Assembly: GCA_002772815.1 (NCBI GenBank) | Contig: PFDQ01000043.1 | Span: forward strand, 15,955-65,970 | DNA: 50,016 bases | Origin: Candidatus Peregrinibacteria bacterium CG10_big_fil_rev_8_21_14_0_10_42_8 | GTDB taxonomy: Bacteria > Patescibacteriota > Gracilibacteria > Peribacterales > Peribacteraceae | Reading direction: 5' to 3' | In this document: piece by piece, positions 29,241-38,875 of the stretch | Position numbering within the stretch: the first letter of the stretch is position 1 | How the letters are laid out: the number at the start of each line of letters is the position of its first letter | Made by a program: the position numbers and the translations under genes | The notes under the pieces: model-generated | Databases searched by the model: none | What the model was told of the DNA's origin: nothing | The model's input: only the letters and a program-made list of their open reading frames with translations

Positions 29241-29593
29241 GTAGCTTCGCTATCTTCATTTGTGCCTTTTTTGATAAATGATTTGTAACTTTTCAGATGA
29301 AAAGTAACCAAAAATCTTCGCCACTGATATGGACGAAGAAATAAAGAGAGAACGAAGCGTGCGCTCCTCAGTAAACTTCGTCGCTAAGTACGCGTGAAGC
29401 GGTGTGATCTTCGTCCATACGACAGTGGCTGGACGAGCGAGAAGTTAAGGGTGGGTTGGCAGACTGCATGTTTGAGGGCGAAGAATAAGATATGAGTAAA
29501 AGGAATACAGCGACGAGAGCCAGTCGCTGTAAGCGAACGCAGTGACCTGGGCGAGGAGCGCAAAGGAAAAAGGGGCAAAGGAATAGCGGAGTT
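29241..29593 (+). repeat. Structured intergenic repeat, copy 2 (longest)
   Basis: Shares 5' part with copies 1 and 3 and its 3' tail (aaggaaaaaggggcaaaggaatagcggagtt) with copy 3. Confidence 0.85.
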
Positions 29594-29622
29594 AATATAT
29601 ACAAAGAAACCTCTTTAATTTA

Positions 29623-29651
29623 TTGACCCCCCTTGCTCTTCTCTTTATATT
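29623..29651 (+). promoter_or_regulatory. Sigma70-type promoter of the rplC operon
   Basis: TTGACC-17 nt-TATATT followed by GC-rich cctcccgc. Confidence 0.7.
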
Positions 29652-29751
29652 CCTCCCGCTTTACAGCAATTACTTGTGTTCTAGTTCGCCGTTTAGTCTG
29701 AGCGTAGTCGAAGACTCCAACCAAGCGAACCAGAGGAACCTCCAAGATATT

Positions 29752-30357
29752 ATGTGTAACGGACGTATTTGTACAAAAATCGGCATGTCACGAGTCTTCA
29801 CTGAGAACGGTGATGCAGTCCCTGTTACCTACTTGAAGGTAGAACCAAACCACGTTATCCGTACAAAGACAAAGGAGAAGGACGGGTACAATGCGGTTGT
29901 TCTTGGTATCAATCCAAAGAAATGGAGAACACGCAAAGGAAACGAGCACACAAAGTATTCTACTATAAAGGAGTGGGAAGTAGAGAGCCTTGATGGCCTT
30001 GAAGCAGGGAAGGAGCTTACATCAGAAGAATTCACAACAGATGCAAAGGTGCAGATCACAGGTGTCTCTAAAGGAAAGGGATTCCAAGGTGTTATTAGGC
30101 GTCACAACTTCTCTCGTGGTCCAGAAACACACGGTTCACACCACCACAGGAAGCCAGGTTCTATTGGAATGTGTGAATTCCCTGGACGTGTTATGAAAGG
30201 TAAGAAAATGCCAGGACGAATGGGTAACGATCAGATAACCTTGAAAAAGCGTGAAATCTTGAATTGCGACGTTGAAAAAGGTGTCATTGCGGTAAAAGGT
30301 CCAGTTCCTGGACCAAATGGCTCTCGTCTCTACGTCACACTTACTCCAGCCTCATAA
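29752..30357 (+). CDS. rplC: 50S ribosomal protein L3
   Basis: KIGMSRVF, GVSKGKGFQGVIRRH, THGSHHHRKPGSIG. Confidence 0.97.
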   Translation: MCNGRICTKIGMSRVFTENGDAVPVTYLKVEPNHVIRTKTKEKDGYNAVVLGINPKKWRTRKGNEHTKYSTIKEWEVESLDGLEAGKELTSEEFTTDAKVQITGVSKGKGFQGVIRRHNFSRGPETHGSHHHRKPGSIGMCEFPGRVMKGKKMPGRMGNDQITLKKREILNCDVEKGVIAVKGPVPGPNGSRLYVTLTPAS

Positions 30358-31082
30358 TGACTATTGATGTATACACCTCCACAGGCGCTAAAAAGGGAAC
30401 GGCTACACTGCCGAAGGATCTCTTTGAAGCAAATATCAACGAGGGGTTGATGCACCAGGCAGTTATTCGCCAGCAGAGCAATGTCCGTAACTCTGTTGCA
30501 CACACGAAGACCCGAGGTGAGATCCAAGGATCAACACGAAAGCTCTTCCAACAGAAGGGAACAGGGCGTGCACGTCGTGGTTCTGTACGAAGCCCAGTCC
30601 TAAGGGGAGGTAACAAGGCATTCGGTCCAAAGAGCATTGCAAACTTTGTGCTAGAAATGCCTAAAAAGATGCGTCGTGCAGCTCTTACGAGCAGTTTGTC
30701 ACTTCAGGCTAAGAATGGAGCAATCTTCGGACTCGAAAGCTACCCAGAAGCAATTAAGACAAAGGATGCACAGAAGATGCTCGAAAAGATGTCAGTGGAA
30801 CTTGGTCGCAAGATCATTATTGTCACTGCAGATAACAATGCCTCTGTTAACCTCTCTGTTCGCAACATCAAGAACGTACGAACAGTCATGGCTCAGTACT
30901 TAAATCCTTTGGATGTACTCAGCAGCCGTCAGATCATCTTCATGGTTGATGCAATCAAGAAGCTCGAAGAGATCCACGGAGAAAAAAAAGTGACAGAAGG
31001 TGCAAAGGATACAAAGGTAAATGAAAAGAAAACGTCTGCACCATCTGCACCATCTGCATCCTCTTCCACCTCAGTAAAATAA
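30357..31082 (+). CDS. rplD: 50S ribosomal protein L4
   Basis: HTKTRGE, QKGTGRARRGS.RSP..RGG..AFGP. Confidence 0.97.
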   Translation: MTIDVYTSTGAKKGTATLPKDLFEANINEGLMHQAVIRQQSNVRNSVAHTKTRGEIQGSTRKLFQQKGTGRARRGSVRSPVLRGGNKAFGPKSIANFVLEMPKKMRRAALTSSLSLQAKNGAIFGLESYPEAIKTKDAQKMLEKMSVELGRKIIIVTADNNASVNLSVRNIKNVRTVMAQYLNPLDVLSSRQIIFMVDAIKKLEEIHGEKKVTEGAKDTKVNEKKTSAPSAPSASSSTSVK

Positions 31083-31381
31083 TGGAACTCTCTCAAGTTG
31101 TCGTCGGCGCAATTGTTACCGAAAAGGCTGAACGCCTAAAGGGTGTCAATCGCACATACACTATCCGTGTTGCTCCAAACGCAACAAAGGTAGATATCGC
31201 TAACGCTCTAACAAAGTTCTACGACGTCGAAGTAACGAGTGTCCGTACAATGCGTATGCCAAGTAAGACTCGCGCAGTTGGACGTGGAAAGGTTATTACA
31301 AAACGAAAGCCATTTAAAAAAGTTATGGTTACGCTTTCTCCAAAGAGTAAGCCCCTTGATATTGCTAACTTCAAAGTATAA
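31082..31381 (+). CDS. rplW: 50S ribosomal protein L23
   Basis: VTEKA, ATKVDI, KKVMVTL; synteny. Confidence 0.95.
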   Translation: MELSQVVVGAIVTEKAERLKGVNRTYTIRVAPNATKVDIANALTKFYDVEVTSVRTMRMPSKTRAVGRGKVITKRKPFKKVMVTLSPKSKPLDIANFKV

Positions 31382-32235
31382 TGCCTATTAAAACTGTTAA
31401 ACCAACGAGCCCAGGACGTCGAACAATGACGTTTGCAGACTTCTCCGGTCTAACGAAGAAGAGGCCTGAACGCGGTCTTACAAAGGGTAAGAGGCGTATC
31501 AATGGACGAAGTAAGTCGACAGGTCGTATTACGATCCGTCACCGTGGAGGAGGACACAAACGTCTCTACCGTGATATCGACTTCAAGCGCATGGATAAAG
31601 CTGGAGTACCAGGAACAGTAAAAGCTGTTGAGTACGATCCAAACCGAACATCATACATCATCCTTACTGTGTACGCAGATGGTGACAAGCGTTACCACCT
31701 TGCTCCAGAAGGAGTAGTTGTCGGAGACGTTATCACCTCTGGTGAGCGCACAAAGGTGAAAGTTGGAAACCGAATGCAATTGCAGAACATTCCAACAGGG
31801 TACAAGGTATTCAACGTTGAAATGCACATCGGTAAAGGAGGAGAAATGGTACGAAGCGCTGGTACATCTGCAACACTTGTTGGAATCGATAAAGACCACG
31901 CAATCCTTCAGCTCCCAAGTAACGAAGTCCGAAAGGTTCGTAAGGAATGTACAGCAACTATCGGAGTCGTTAGTAACGGTGAACACAGCCTTATCCGCGT
32001 TGGAAAAGCTGGAAGAAAGCGTTGGATGGGTCGCCGACCACAGGTTCTTGGTAAATCCATGAACGCTGTAGACCACCCACACGGAGGAGGAGAAGGACAC
32101 AGTCCAATCGGAAGCAAGAAGGGGCCACGAACTCCATGGGGAAAGAGGGCTCTTGGTGTAAAGACACGAAAGAAAACAAAAGCATCAGATAAGCTTATTA
32201 TGCGCCGCCGTACTAACAAGAAACGCAAGAAGTAA
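31381..32235 (+). CDS. rplB: 50S ribosomal protein L2
   Basis: RHRGGGHKRLYR, EYDPNR, MNAVDHPHGGGEG. Confidence 0.98.
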   Translation: MPIKTVKPTSPGRRTMTFADFSGLTKKRPERGLTKGKRRINGRSKSTGRITIRHRGGGHKRLYRDIDFKRMDKAGVPGTVKAVEYDPNRTSYIILTVYADGDKRYHLAPEGVVVGDVITSGERTKVKVGNRMQLQNIPTGYKVFNVEMHIGKGGEMVRSAGTSATLVGIDKDHAILQLPSNEVRKVRKECTATIGVVSNGEHSLIRVGKAGRKRWMGRRPQVLGKSMNAVDHPHGGGEGHSPIGSKKGPRTPWGKRALGVKTRKKTKASDKLIMRRRTNKKRKK

Positions 32236-32253
32236 TAATTCCTAACCTCTCTT

Positions 32254-32526
32254 ATGTCTAGATCTCTTACCAAAGGCCCTTACGTTGACGAAAAGCTCTT
32301 CAAAAAAGTGATGAAGATGGCTGAAGCTGGTGATAAGAAGATCATCAAGACATGGGCTCGTGCATGTGATATTCCACCTGAATTCGTCGGATTCACATTC
32401 GCAGTGCACAACGGTAAGGAGTTCACACCTGTATACGTCACTGAGCAAATGGTTGGACACAAACTTGGTGAATTCTCTTGGACTACTAAATTTAAAAGCC
32501 ATGGTGGAAAAATGGCTGGTAAGTAA
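32254..32526 (+). CDS. rpsS: 30S ribosomal protein S19
   Basis: [26 protein letters not shown]. Confidence 0.98.
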   Translation: MSRSLTKGPYVDEKLFKKVMKMAEAGDKKIIKTWARACDIPPEFVGFTFAVHNGKEFTPVYVTEQMVGHKLGEFSWTTKFKSHGGKMAGK

Positions 32527-32544
32527 GAATAACAACTCTCTATT

Positions 32545-33078
32545 ATGAATGCTTCTCTACGCTCTATCCGCATCGCTCCTAAGAAGGCACAGCTCGTCGC
32601 CAAGATGATCCGTGGCAAGTCAGTACCAGATGCGATGTACACACTCGAACGAACAAATAAGAAAGCTGCACGTCTTCTAGAGGGATTGCTTCGTAGTGCA
32701 ATGGCGAATGCGTCTCATAACGAAAAGCAGGATCCTCAAATGCTTGTTATCAAGACTCTAATCGTTAATAAAGCACAGTGTTACCACCGTGGAGTACCAA
32801 TGGCACGTGGACGTGTACGCCCAATGCGTAAGTTTATGAGCCATATCAACCTTACTCTTGGTGTAGAAGGAGAAGATAATAAGCCTAAAAAGAAAGAATC
32901 TACTTCCCAAACAGCGAAAAAGACTGTAAAAAAGGACACGACTTCTGAAATGAAGCCGACGAGTACGAAGAGTAAGTCCGAACCTAAGAAGGATACTACT
33001 ACTTCCACCTCGAAATCTTCTGTGCCTGCAAAAGCGAAGGCTCCAGCGAAGAAAAAAGCTACTCCAAAGAAATCCTAA
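32545..33078 (+). CDS. rplV: 50S ribosomal protein L22 with long Lys/Ser/Thr-rich C-terminal extension
   Basis: RIAPKKA.LVA..IRG, SA.ANA.HN, ARGR, SHI. Confidence 0.96.
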   Translation: MNASLRSIRIAPKKAQLVAKMIRGKSVPDAMYTLERTNKKAARLLEGLLRSAMANASHNEKQDPQMLVIKTLIVNKAQCYHRGVPMARGRVRPMRKFMSHINLTLGVEGEDNKPKKKESTSQTAKKTVKKDTTSEMKPTSTKSKSEPKKDTTTSTSKSSVPAKAKAPAKKKATPKKS

Positions 33079-33108
33079 TTCTAACCAACTCTTACCACCC
33101 CCTAATAC

Positions 33109-33783
33109 ATGGGACAGAAAGTAAATGCCAACGGCTTCCGACTCAAAATCACGCACACGTGGCCAAGCTCATGGTATGCAAATGGTAAGAAGTTTAAGGG
33201 TCTCTTTCTTGATGATGTAAAGATTCGTCGTTACATCGGAGAAAAGCTTCCAGATGCTGGAATCTCAATGATCGAAATCGACAGAAGCAAGCGTGTATCT
33301 GTCACGATCCACACAGCAAAGCCAGGTGTGATTATCGGAAAGCAAGGTGCATCTATCGAACTTCTCAAGAAGAACCTAGAACATAAGTTCAACTGTGCAT
33401 TTGATGTGAATATTCAAGAGATACGCACACCAGACTCAGACGCACACGTCATCGCAGAAACCATCCAAGGACAGGTTCAGCGTCGTATGCCATACAGAAG
33501 AGCTGCAAAGATGGCTATTGAAAAGGCTATGCAAGCAGGTGCCGAGGGAGTAAAGGTAAAAGTGTCAGGTCGTCTCAACGGTGCTGAAATTGCACGAACA
33601 GAGCTATTTAAAGAAGGTAACATTCCTTTGCAGACCCTTCGTGCAAACGTAACGTTTGCACGCAGAACTGCAGCAACTACATATGGTTCTATCGGAATCA
33701 AAGTATGGATCTACAAAGGAATGGTATTTAAGAAAGTGCAACAGGCACAGTCATCTACTCTTACGTCACTTAATAACCAATAA
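33109..33783 (+). CDS. rpsC: 30S ribosomal protein S3
   Basis: [36 protein letters not shown]. Confidence 0.98.
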   Translation: MGQKVNANGFRLKITHTWPSSWYANGKKFKGLFLDDVKIRRYIGEKLPDAGISMIEIDRSKRVSVTIHTAKPGVIIGKQGASIELLKKNLEHKFNCAFDVNIQEIRTPDSDAHVIAETIQGQVQRRMPYRRAAKMAIEKAMQAGAEGVKVKVSGRLNGAEIARTELFKEGNIPLQTLRANVTFARRTAATTYGSIGIKVWIYKGMVFKKVQQAQSSTLTSLNNQ

Positions 33784-33785
33784 TC

Positions 33786-34205
33786 ATGTTAGAGCCTAAG
33801 AAAATAAAGCACAGGAAGGTTCAACGCCGCCGCGGACAGTGGAGGGGTAAGGCATGGCGTGGAAGCCGTTTGGCTTTCGGAAGCATTGGGTTGAAGACAA
33901 GTGAAACAGGAGAGATCACCGCAAGACAGATCGAAGCTGCTCGTCGTGCAATGACACGCAGCGTTGCGCGTGGAGGAAAGATTTGGATCCGCGTATTCCC
34001 ACACAACCCAGTAACAAAGAAAGCAGCAGAAGTACCGATGGGATCTGGAAAAGGAAGCCTAGAGTACTGGGGAGCTGTCCTTAAGGCAGGAACTGTCATC
34101 TTCGAGATGGATGGTCTTGATGAAAAAATTGCTCGTGAAGCGCTACGCCTTGCAAGCCACAAATTACCAATGAAGACAAAAGTTATTACTAAAATTGGAT
34201 CATAA
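33786..34205 (+). CDS. rplP: 50S ribosomal protein L16
   Basis: [25 protein letters not shown]. Confidence 0.98.
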   Translation: MLEPKKIKHRKVQRRRGQWRGKAWRGSRLAFGSIGLKTSETGEITARQIEAARRAMTRSVARGGKIWIRVFPHNPVTKKAAEVPMGSGKGSLEYWGAVLKAGTVIFEMDGLDEKIAREALRLASHKLPMKTKVITKIGS

Positions 34206-34477
34206 TGAGTAACACTACCACCACCAAAGAGCTTCACAATATGACTCCTGCAGACTTGCAGAAGGACATCCGTGCACAAGAGCATGAGGTTGTAAAACTT
34301 CGTCTTGGTGTGCAGATGGGTAGTGAGAAAGATAGCGCAAAGTATGTACGAGCAAAGAAGCAACTAGCGCGCATGAAAACAGCACTTAATGTTTCGCAAA
34401 GCGATAAAAACTCTGTATCCTCCCTGCCGACCGAAGCCCAGAAGGCGAAGGTTGGTCGCACTCCTAAGCAATCATGA
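34205..34477 (+). CDS. rpmC: 50S ribosomal protein L29
   Basis: KEL..M...L, KKQLARMKT; synteny. Confidence 0.88.
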   Translation: MSNTTTTKELHNMTPADLQKDIRAQEHEVVKLRLGVQMGSEKDSAKYVRAKKQLARMKTALNVSQSDKNSVSSLPTEAQKAKVGRTPKQS

Positions 34478-34866
34478 GAACTAAAAAAGGCGTTGTTTCA
34501 TCGGCAAAAATGACAGGTACGGTTTCCGTAGCTGTAGACCGACACGTATTTCACCCGATCTACAAGAAGCGATTCCGAAAGAGCAAGAAGTTTCTCTGTG
34601 ATACAAACGGATTAGACCTTTACGCAGGTGACCAAGTGATTATTACAGAGTGCAAGCCAATCTCTAAGAACAAGTACTTCAAGGTAACAGAGATTACAAA
34701 GGCTGCTCCACGAGTATCTGACATGAAAGAAGATAAAGCTATCGACGAAGTCATCCACCGTGAAAAAACAGGTGCAGATGCAAAGGTAAAAGAAGAAACA
34801 AAAGACATAAAGGAGCCAAAGGACAATTCCTCTGAATCCTCTGAATCCCTTGACTCCTCTCAATAA
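34474..34866 (+). CDS. rpsQ: 30S ribosomal protein S17 with C-terminal extension
   Basis: [27 protein letters not shown]. Confidence 0.96.
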   Translation: MRTKKGVVSSAKMTGTVSVAVDRHVFHPIYKKRFRKSKKFLCDTNGLDLYAGDQVIITECKPISKNKYFKVTEITKAAPRVSDMKEDKAIDEVIHREKTGADAKVKEETKDIKEPKDNSSESSESLDSSQ

Positions 34867-35234
34867 TGATCCAGACGCAAACCTCCCTACAAGTGGCAGA
34901 TAATACAGGCGCAAAACGCGTTATGTGCATCAAGGTGCTTGGTGGTTCTAAGCGTCGTTACGCTGCAGTCGGTGATACGATTGTTGTAACAGTGAAGGAA
35001 GCTGCTCCTCGTGGAACAGTAAAGAAGAAGTCTGTGGAGCGTGCTGTTGTTGTTCGAACGAAGAAAATCACAAGGCGTACGGATGGAAGTGGAATCCGCT
35101 TCGATGACAACGCATGTGTGATCGTATCGAAAGAAGGAGTCCCTAAAGGTACACGTGTTTTCGGGCCTGTTGCTCGTGAACTCCGTGCTAAGGGCTTTCA
35201 GAAAATTGTATCTCTTGCCCCTGACGTACTGTGA
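34866..35234 (+). CDS. rplN: 50S ribosomal protein L14
   Basis: [27 protein letters not shown]. Confidence 0.98.
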   Translation: MIQTQTSLQVADNTGAKRVMCIKVLGGSKRRYAAVGDTIVVTVKEAAPRGTVKKKSVERAVVVRTKKITRRTDGSGIRFDDNACVIVSKEGVPKGTRVFGPVARELRAKGFQKIVSLAPDVL

Positions 35235-35803
35235 AGATCCGTACCGGCGATAGCGTCGTAATCATCACAGGGAAGGATAAGGGTAAAACTGGAAAAGTTC
35301 TCCGTGTTCTTGAATCAAAAAACCGTGTTGTCGTAACAGATGCAAACATGCGCACACGTCACATTAAGGGTGGGCCAAATCGCCCTGGTGAGATCGTAAA
35401 GTACGAAGCAAGTATTGCTCTTAGTAACGTCATGGTGATAGATCCAAAGACAAAGAAGCGAAGCCGTGTCGGATACGCAAAGAATGCAAAAGGACACAAA
35501 GTACGTATCGCAAAAGTAAGCGGAGAAGAGATCAAAAAGGGGACAGTTGCAGCAAAGAAAAAAGGTGGTGAGGGTACAGAAGGGACAGATGGTACAAAAG
35601 TGAATACTGCGAAGAAAAAAACCTCTGCATCTTCTGATTCCTCTAAATCCTCTGCATCCTCAAATCAGGCTCCATTCTGGAAGAAAATGGGATTCGGAGC
35701 AGAAGATATGGCAGGAAATGCAGAAGTAGACGTTAAGAATGACGACCACTCAGTGCCAGACCAAACAAGTAATACTCATCGATCCAGCCAACGCGGCGCA
35801 TAA
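35231..35803 (+). CDS. rplX: 50S ribosomal protein L24 with C-terminal extension
   Basis: [24 protein letters not shown]. Confidence 0.96.
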   Translation: MKIRTGDSVVIITGKDKGKTGKVLRVLESKNRVVVTDANMRTRHIKGGPNRPGEIVKYEASIALSNVMVIDPKTKKRSRVGYAKNAKGHKVRIAKVSGEEIKKGTVAAKKKGGEGTEGTDGTKVNTAKKKTSASSDSSKSSASSNQAPFWKKMGFGAEDMAGNAEVDVKNDDHSVPDQTSNTHRSSQRGA

Positions 35804-35805
35804 TT

Positions 35806-36456
35806 ATGGCTTACACATCTTTCCACGACCGGCTCCGAGGACCAATTACTGAAGCAGTTCAGAAGGATCTTGGTATCAAGAACGTTAATGCTGCGCCTCG
35901 CATTGAAAAGGTGACAGTAAACGTTGGTATCAATAAGTCAAAAATGGATAGCAAGGAAACACGTGAATACATCGAACAGATGCTTATGCGTATTACTGGT
36001 CAGAAGCCAGTATTTACAAAGGCGCGTATTGCGATTTCAAACTTTAAAACGAGGCAAGGAATGATTGTGGGTGTGAAGGTAACACTCCGCGGTAAGAACA
36101 TGGAACACTTCCTCGACCGACTCATTAGCTTCTCTATTCCACGTATTCGCGACTTCCGCGGACTTCCAAAGAAGCTTGATGGAAAAGGAAATTACAGTAT
36201 TGGTCTCCGTGATCATTCAATCTTCCCAGAAGTACCAGCACCAGACGCAGGACAAATCTTCAACATGCAGATTGTTATCACAACAACAGCAAAGAACGAC
36301 GAAGAAGGAATGGCTCTTATGAAGAATATTGGTATGCCATTCAAGAGAAATGAGGCACAAGATGCAAAAAATGCGAAGGCTGCAAAAGAAGAAGCAAAGA
36401 AAGTTGCATCAAACGAACTTACAACCGATACTATCGATTCCCAGTCCCAATCGTAA
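35806..36456 (+). CDS. rplE: 50S ribosomal protein L5
   Basis: ITGQKP, GVKVTLRG, PRIRDFRG, DGKGNY. Confidence 0.98.
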   Translation: MAYTSFHDRLRGPITEAVQKDLGIKNVNAAPRIEKVTVNVGINKSKMDSKETREYIEQMLMRITGQKPVFTKARIAISNFKTRQGMIVGVKVTLRGKNMEHFLDRLISFSIPRIRDFRGLPKKLDGKGNYSIGLRDHSIFPEVPAPDAGQIFNMQIVITTTAKNDEEGMALMKNIGMPFKRNEAQDAKNAKAAKEEAKKVASNELTTDTIDSQSQS

Positions 36457-36459
36457 ATT

Positions 36460-36684
36460 ATGGCTAGAACTGCACTAAAGAATAAGCAACGGGCTAAACT
36501 GGACAAATTCCTCCGCGACAAAGCGGCAGGAAGAAAGCCTAAGTTCCCTACAAGGGTCTACAATCGTTGCGAACTCTGCGGTCGACGCCATGGTTTCATA
36601 AGGTTCTTCGGAACATGTCGTATCTGCTTCCGTGAACTCGCTTCAAACGGCGAGATTCCTGGTGTAACTAAATCTTCCTGGTAA
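36460..36684 (+). CDS. rpsN: 30S ribosomal protein S14 (Zn-binding type)
   Basis: [31 protein letters not shown]. Confidence 0.96.
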   Translation: MARTALKNKQRAKLDKFLRDKAAGRKPKFPTRVYNRCELCGRRHGFIRFFGTCRICFRELASNGEIPGVTKSSW

Positions 36685-36686
36685 TT

Positions 36687-37076
36687 ATGACTTACGTAAC
36701 AGACCCAATCGGCGACCTTCTGACTCGAATGCGCAATGCGCAGAAAGCAGGAAAACCTGGCTGTAGCGCTCCGCTTAGCAAGATCAAGTTGCAACTTCTT
36801 GAACTTCTTAAGAAAGAGAAGTGGATTGCAGATGTTACTATAACAGGAGAAGCACCAAAGAAAGACGTGGAAGTAACATTCCACGCTGATAAACCAGCCA
36901 TTCAATTTAAGCGTATCTCCAAGCCAGGTCGTCGTGCATACACTGGTGTGGCAGATCTCAGGCCAGTTCTTAAAGGAGTTGGTATTGCGATCCTCACAAC
37001 AAGCCAAGGTCTTATGACTGATAAGGAAGCACGCGAAAAGAAGATTGGAGGCGAAGTACTCTGTACCATTTCATAA
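36687..37076 (+). CDS. rpsH: 30S ribosomal protein S8
   Basis: DPIGDLLTRMRNA, RISKPGRR.Y, TSQGLMT, GGEVLC. Confidence 0.98.
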   Translation: MTYVTDPIGDLLTRMRNAQKAGKPGCSAPLSKIKLQLLELLKKEKWIADVTITGEAPKKDVEVTFHADKPAIQFKRISKPGRRAYTGVADLRPVLKGVGIAILTTSQGLMTDKEAREKKIGGEVLCTIS

Positions 37077-37077
37077 C

Positions 37078-37623
37078 ATGTCTCGTATTGGAAAAAAACC
37101 AGTGGCAGTTCCTGCAGGCGTGACTGTTGAAGTCAACGGTAAGAATGTTGTGGTAAAGGGGTCAAAAGGAGAGCTGAGTTACGCTCATCTTCCAGAGGTG
37201 AATGTATCTGTCGATGGCAATCAGGTTGTTGTGACACGTATCGATGATAGTATCGCTGCTCGTGCACGTCACGGTCTTACACGTCAGCTTATTAACAACA
37301 TGGTAATCGGTGTATCTGACGGGTACGAAAAGAAGCTTGAGATTATTGGAGTTGGTTACAAGGCACAGGCAAAAGGAAAGTCTGTAACGCTAAATCTTGG
37401 ACACAGCCATCCAATTGAGTACGTAGCACCTGAGGGAATCGATATTGCTCAGGATGAAAAGAATAAGCAGATCTTGATTATCAAAGGAATCAACAAAGAA
37501 GACGTAGGTCAGGCAGCTGCCGACATCCGCTCATTCCGACCACCAGAGCCATACAAAGGTAAAGGTGTTCGTTATGTTGGTGAACATGTTATTCGCAAAG
37601 CTGGTAAGGCTTCTGGTTCTTAA
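37078..37623 (+). CDS. rplF: 50S ribosomal protein L6
   Basis: MSRIGKKP, GVGYKA, RPPEPYKGKGVRY. Confidence 0.98.
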   Translation: MSRIGKKPVAVPAGVTVEVNGKNVVVKGSKGELSYAHLPEVNVSVDGNQVVVTRIDDSIAARARHGLTRQLINNMVIGVSDGYEKKLEIIGVGYKAQAKGKSVTLNLGHSHPIEYVAPEGIDIAQDEKNKQILIIKGINKEDVGQAAADIRSFRPPEPYKGKGVRYVGEHVIRKAGKASGS

Positions 37624-37637
37624 ACGCATTTTAACTC

Positions 37638-37985
37638 ATGAAAACTTCACTTCGATCATACAATCGGCAAGCACGAAAGCGTAGAATTCGCTCAAATTTG
37701 AGCGGAACTGCAGAACGCCCACGTCTCACAGTACACCGTTCATTAATGCAAATGACAGTACAGCTTATTGATGATGTTGAAGGAAAGACACTTGCAGCAG
37801 CATCAACAAAAGAGATCAAAGCAAAGCCAAATATTGAAGGAGCAACAAAGCTTGGTGAGGTAATTGCAAAGAAGGCGAAGGACGCAAAAATCACAACTAT
37901 TGTATTCGACCGAAATGCTTACAGGTATCATGGCCGTATTAAGGCGCTTGCCGATGCAGCTCGCACGGCTGGACTTCAATTCTAA
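37638..37985 (+). CDS. rplR: 50S ribosomal protein L18
   Basis: [29 protein letters not shown]. Confidence 0.97.
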   Translation: MKTSLRSYNRQARKRRIRSNLSGTAERPRLTVHRSLMQMTVQLIDDVEGKTLAAASTKEIKAKPNIEGATKLGEVIAKKAKDAKITTIVFDRNAYRYHGRIKALADAARTAGLQF

Positions 37986-37990
37986 ACGAA

Positions 37991-38013
37991 CTTTCCACTT
38001 TCCACTTTCCACT
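37991..38013. repeat. Heptamer tandem repeat (CTTTCCA)x3 between rplR and rpsE
   Basis: ctttcca ctttcca ctttcca ct. Confidence 0.75.
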
Positions 38014-38018
38014 ACTAA

Positions 38019-38636
38019 ATGACTGCAAAAACCGCTAGACCAGACCGCAAAAAAGGTGACCGCCGTCGCCAGAAAGCCCCTTCTGAATTTGAAGAGACAA
38101 CACTCACGATCGATCGTGTGACACGTGTTGTGGCTGGAGGTCGTCGTATGCGTTTCCGTGCAGTTGTTGTGGTAGGAGACAAAAAAGGACGCGTTGGTAT
38201 TGGAACAGGGAAGTCAGGAGAGGTACAAGGCGCTGTGCAAAAAGCAACAGCTGTTGCAAAGAAGAATATGATCCGTGTACCACTTGTTGATGGAACAATT
38301 CCACATGAAATTGATCATAAGTTTAAGGCATCACGCATCCGCCTTCTTCCTGCACGTGTAGGAACAGGAATCATTGCTGGAGGTGCACTTCGTACAGTTT
38401 TAGAGCATGCTGGAGTACAGAACGTTTTGAGTAAGCGTTACGGTACAAACAACAAGCTCGTAAATGCTCAGTGTGTTATCGAGGCTTTGCAGCTCTTCCG
38501 TGGTGTAGAAGTAGGACCACTTAACCCAGAGCCAATAAAGAAGGAAGATGAAGAAGAACTTCCAGAGAACATCAAGATTACAGAAGTAAGCAAGAAATCT
38601 GTTGATCGCGAGGGGAACTTGAACAAGAAGAAGTAG
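38019..38636 (+). CDS. rpsE: 30S ribosomal protein S5
   Basis: RVTRVVAGGRRMRF, GTGIIAGG. Confidence 0.97.
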   Translation: MTAKTARPDRKKGDRRRQKAPSEFEETTLTIDRVTRVVAGGRRMRFRAVVVVGDKKGRVGIGTGKSGEVQGAVQKATAVAKKNMIRVPLVDGTIPHEIDHKFKASRIRLLPARVGTGIIAGGALRTVLEHAGVQNVLSKRYGTNNKLVNAQCVIEALQLFRGVEVGPLNPEPIKKEDEEELPENIKITEVSKKSVDREGNLNKKK

Positions 38637-38659
38637 TTTCTCTTTATTCTTTACATAAA

Positions 38660-38857
38660 GTAGCTTCACTATTCTTTTTTTGATGATTCTTTGTGACTTT
38701 TGAAAGATCAAAAGCAACTTCGTTAATTCCTTTTGTCCCTTTTTCCTTGCTTAGCGACGCAGGTTTACCGAGGAGCGCACAACTCTGTTCTTTTATTATT
38801 TCTTCGTTCATATCAGTGGCTAAGATTTTTGGTTACTTTTCATCGGAAAAGTGACAA
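38660..38857. repeat. Structured repeat, composite copy 3: partial + copy (38660-38718) joined to an internally deleted - copy (38716-38857)
   Basis: gtagcttcactat..ttttttgat..gtgacttttgaaagatcaaaagcaac matches the start of copy 2; the reverse complement of the rest reads gtcacttttccgatgaaaagtaaccaaaaatcttagccactgatatgaacgaaga..tgcgctcctc..cgtcgctaag/caaggaaaaagggacaaaaggaatt. Confidence 0.85.
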
Positions 38858-38875
38858 AAGAGTTATAATTCTGTT

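Noticed and set aside
29066..29281. 71-aa ORF in the track
   Set aside because: Alternative frame overlapping the more convincing Cys-rich ORF, and it runs through that gene's terminator
28414..29593. Possible CRISPR array or tRNA
   Set aside because: No regular repeat-spacer periodicity, no cas genes and no cloverleaf or T-loop seen
37991..38013. Heptamer repeat as evidence of a mobile cassette
   Set aside because: Only three units, with no partner inverted array or cargo gene; kept as a simple repeat
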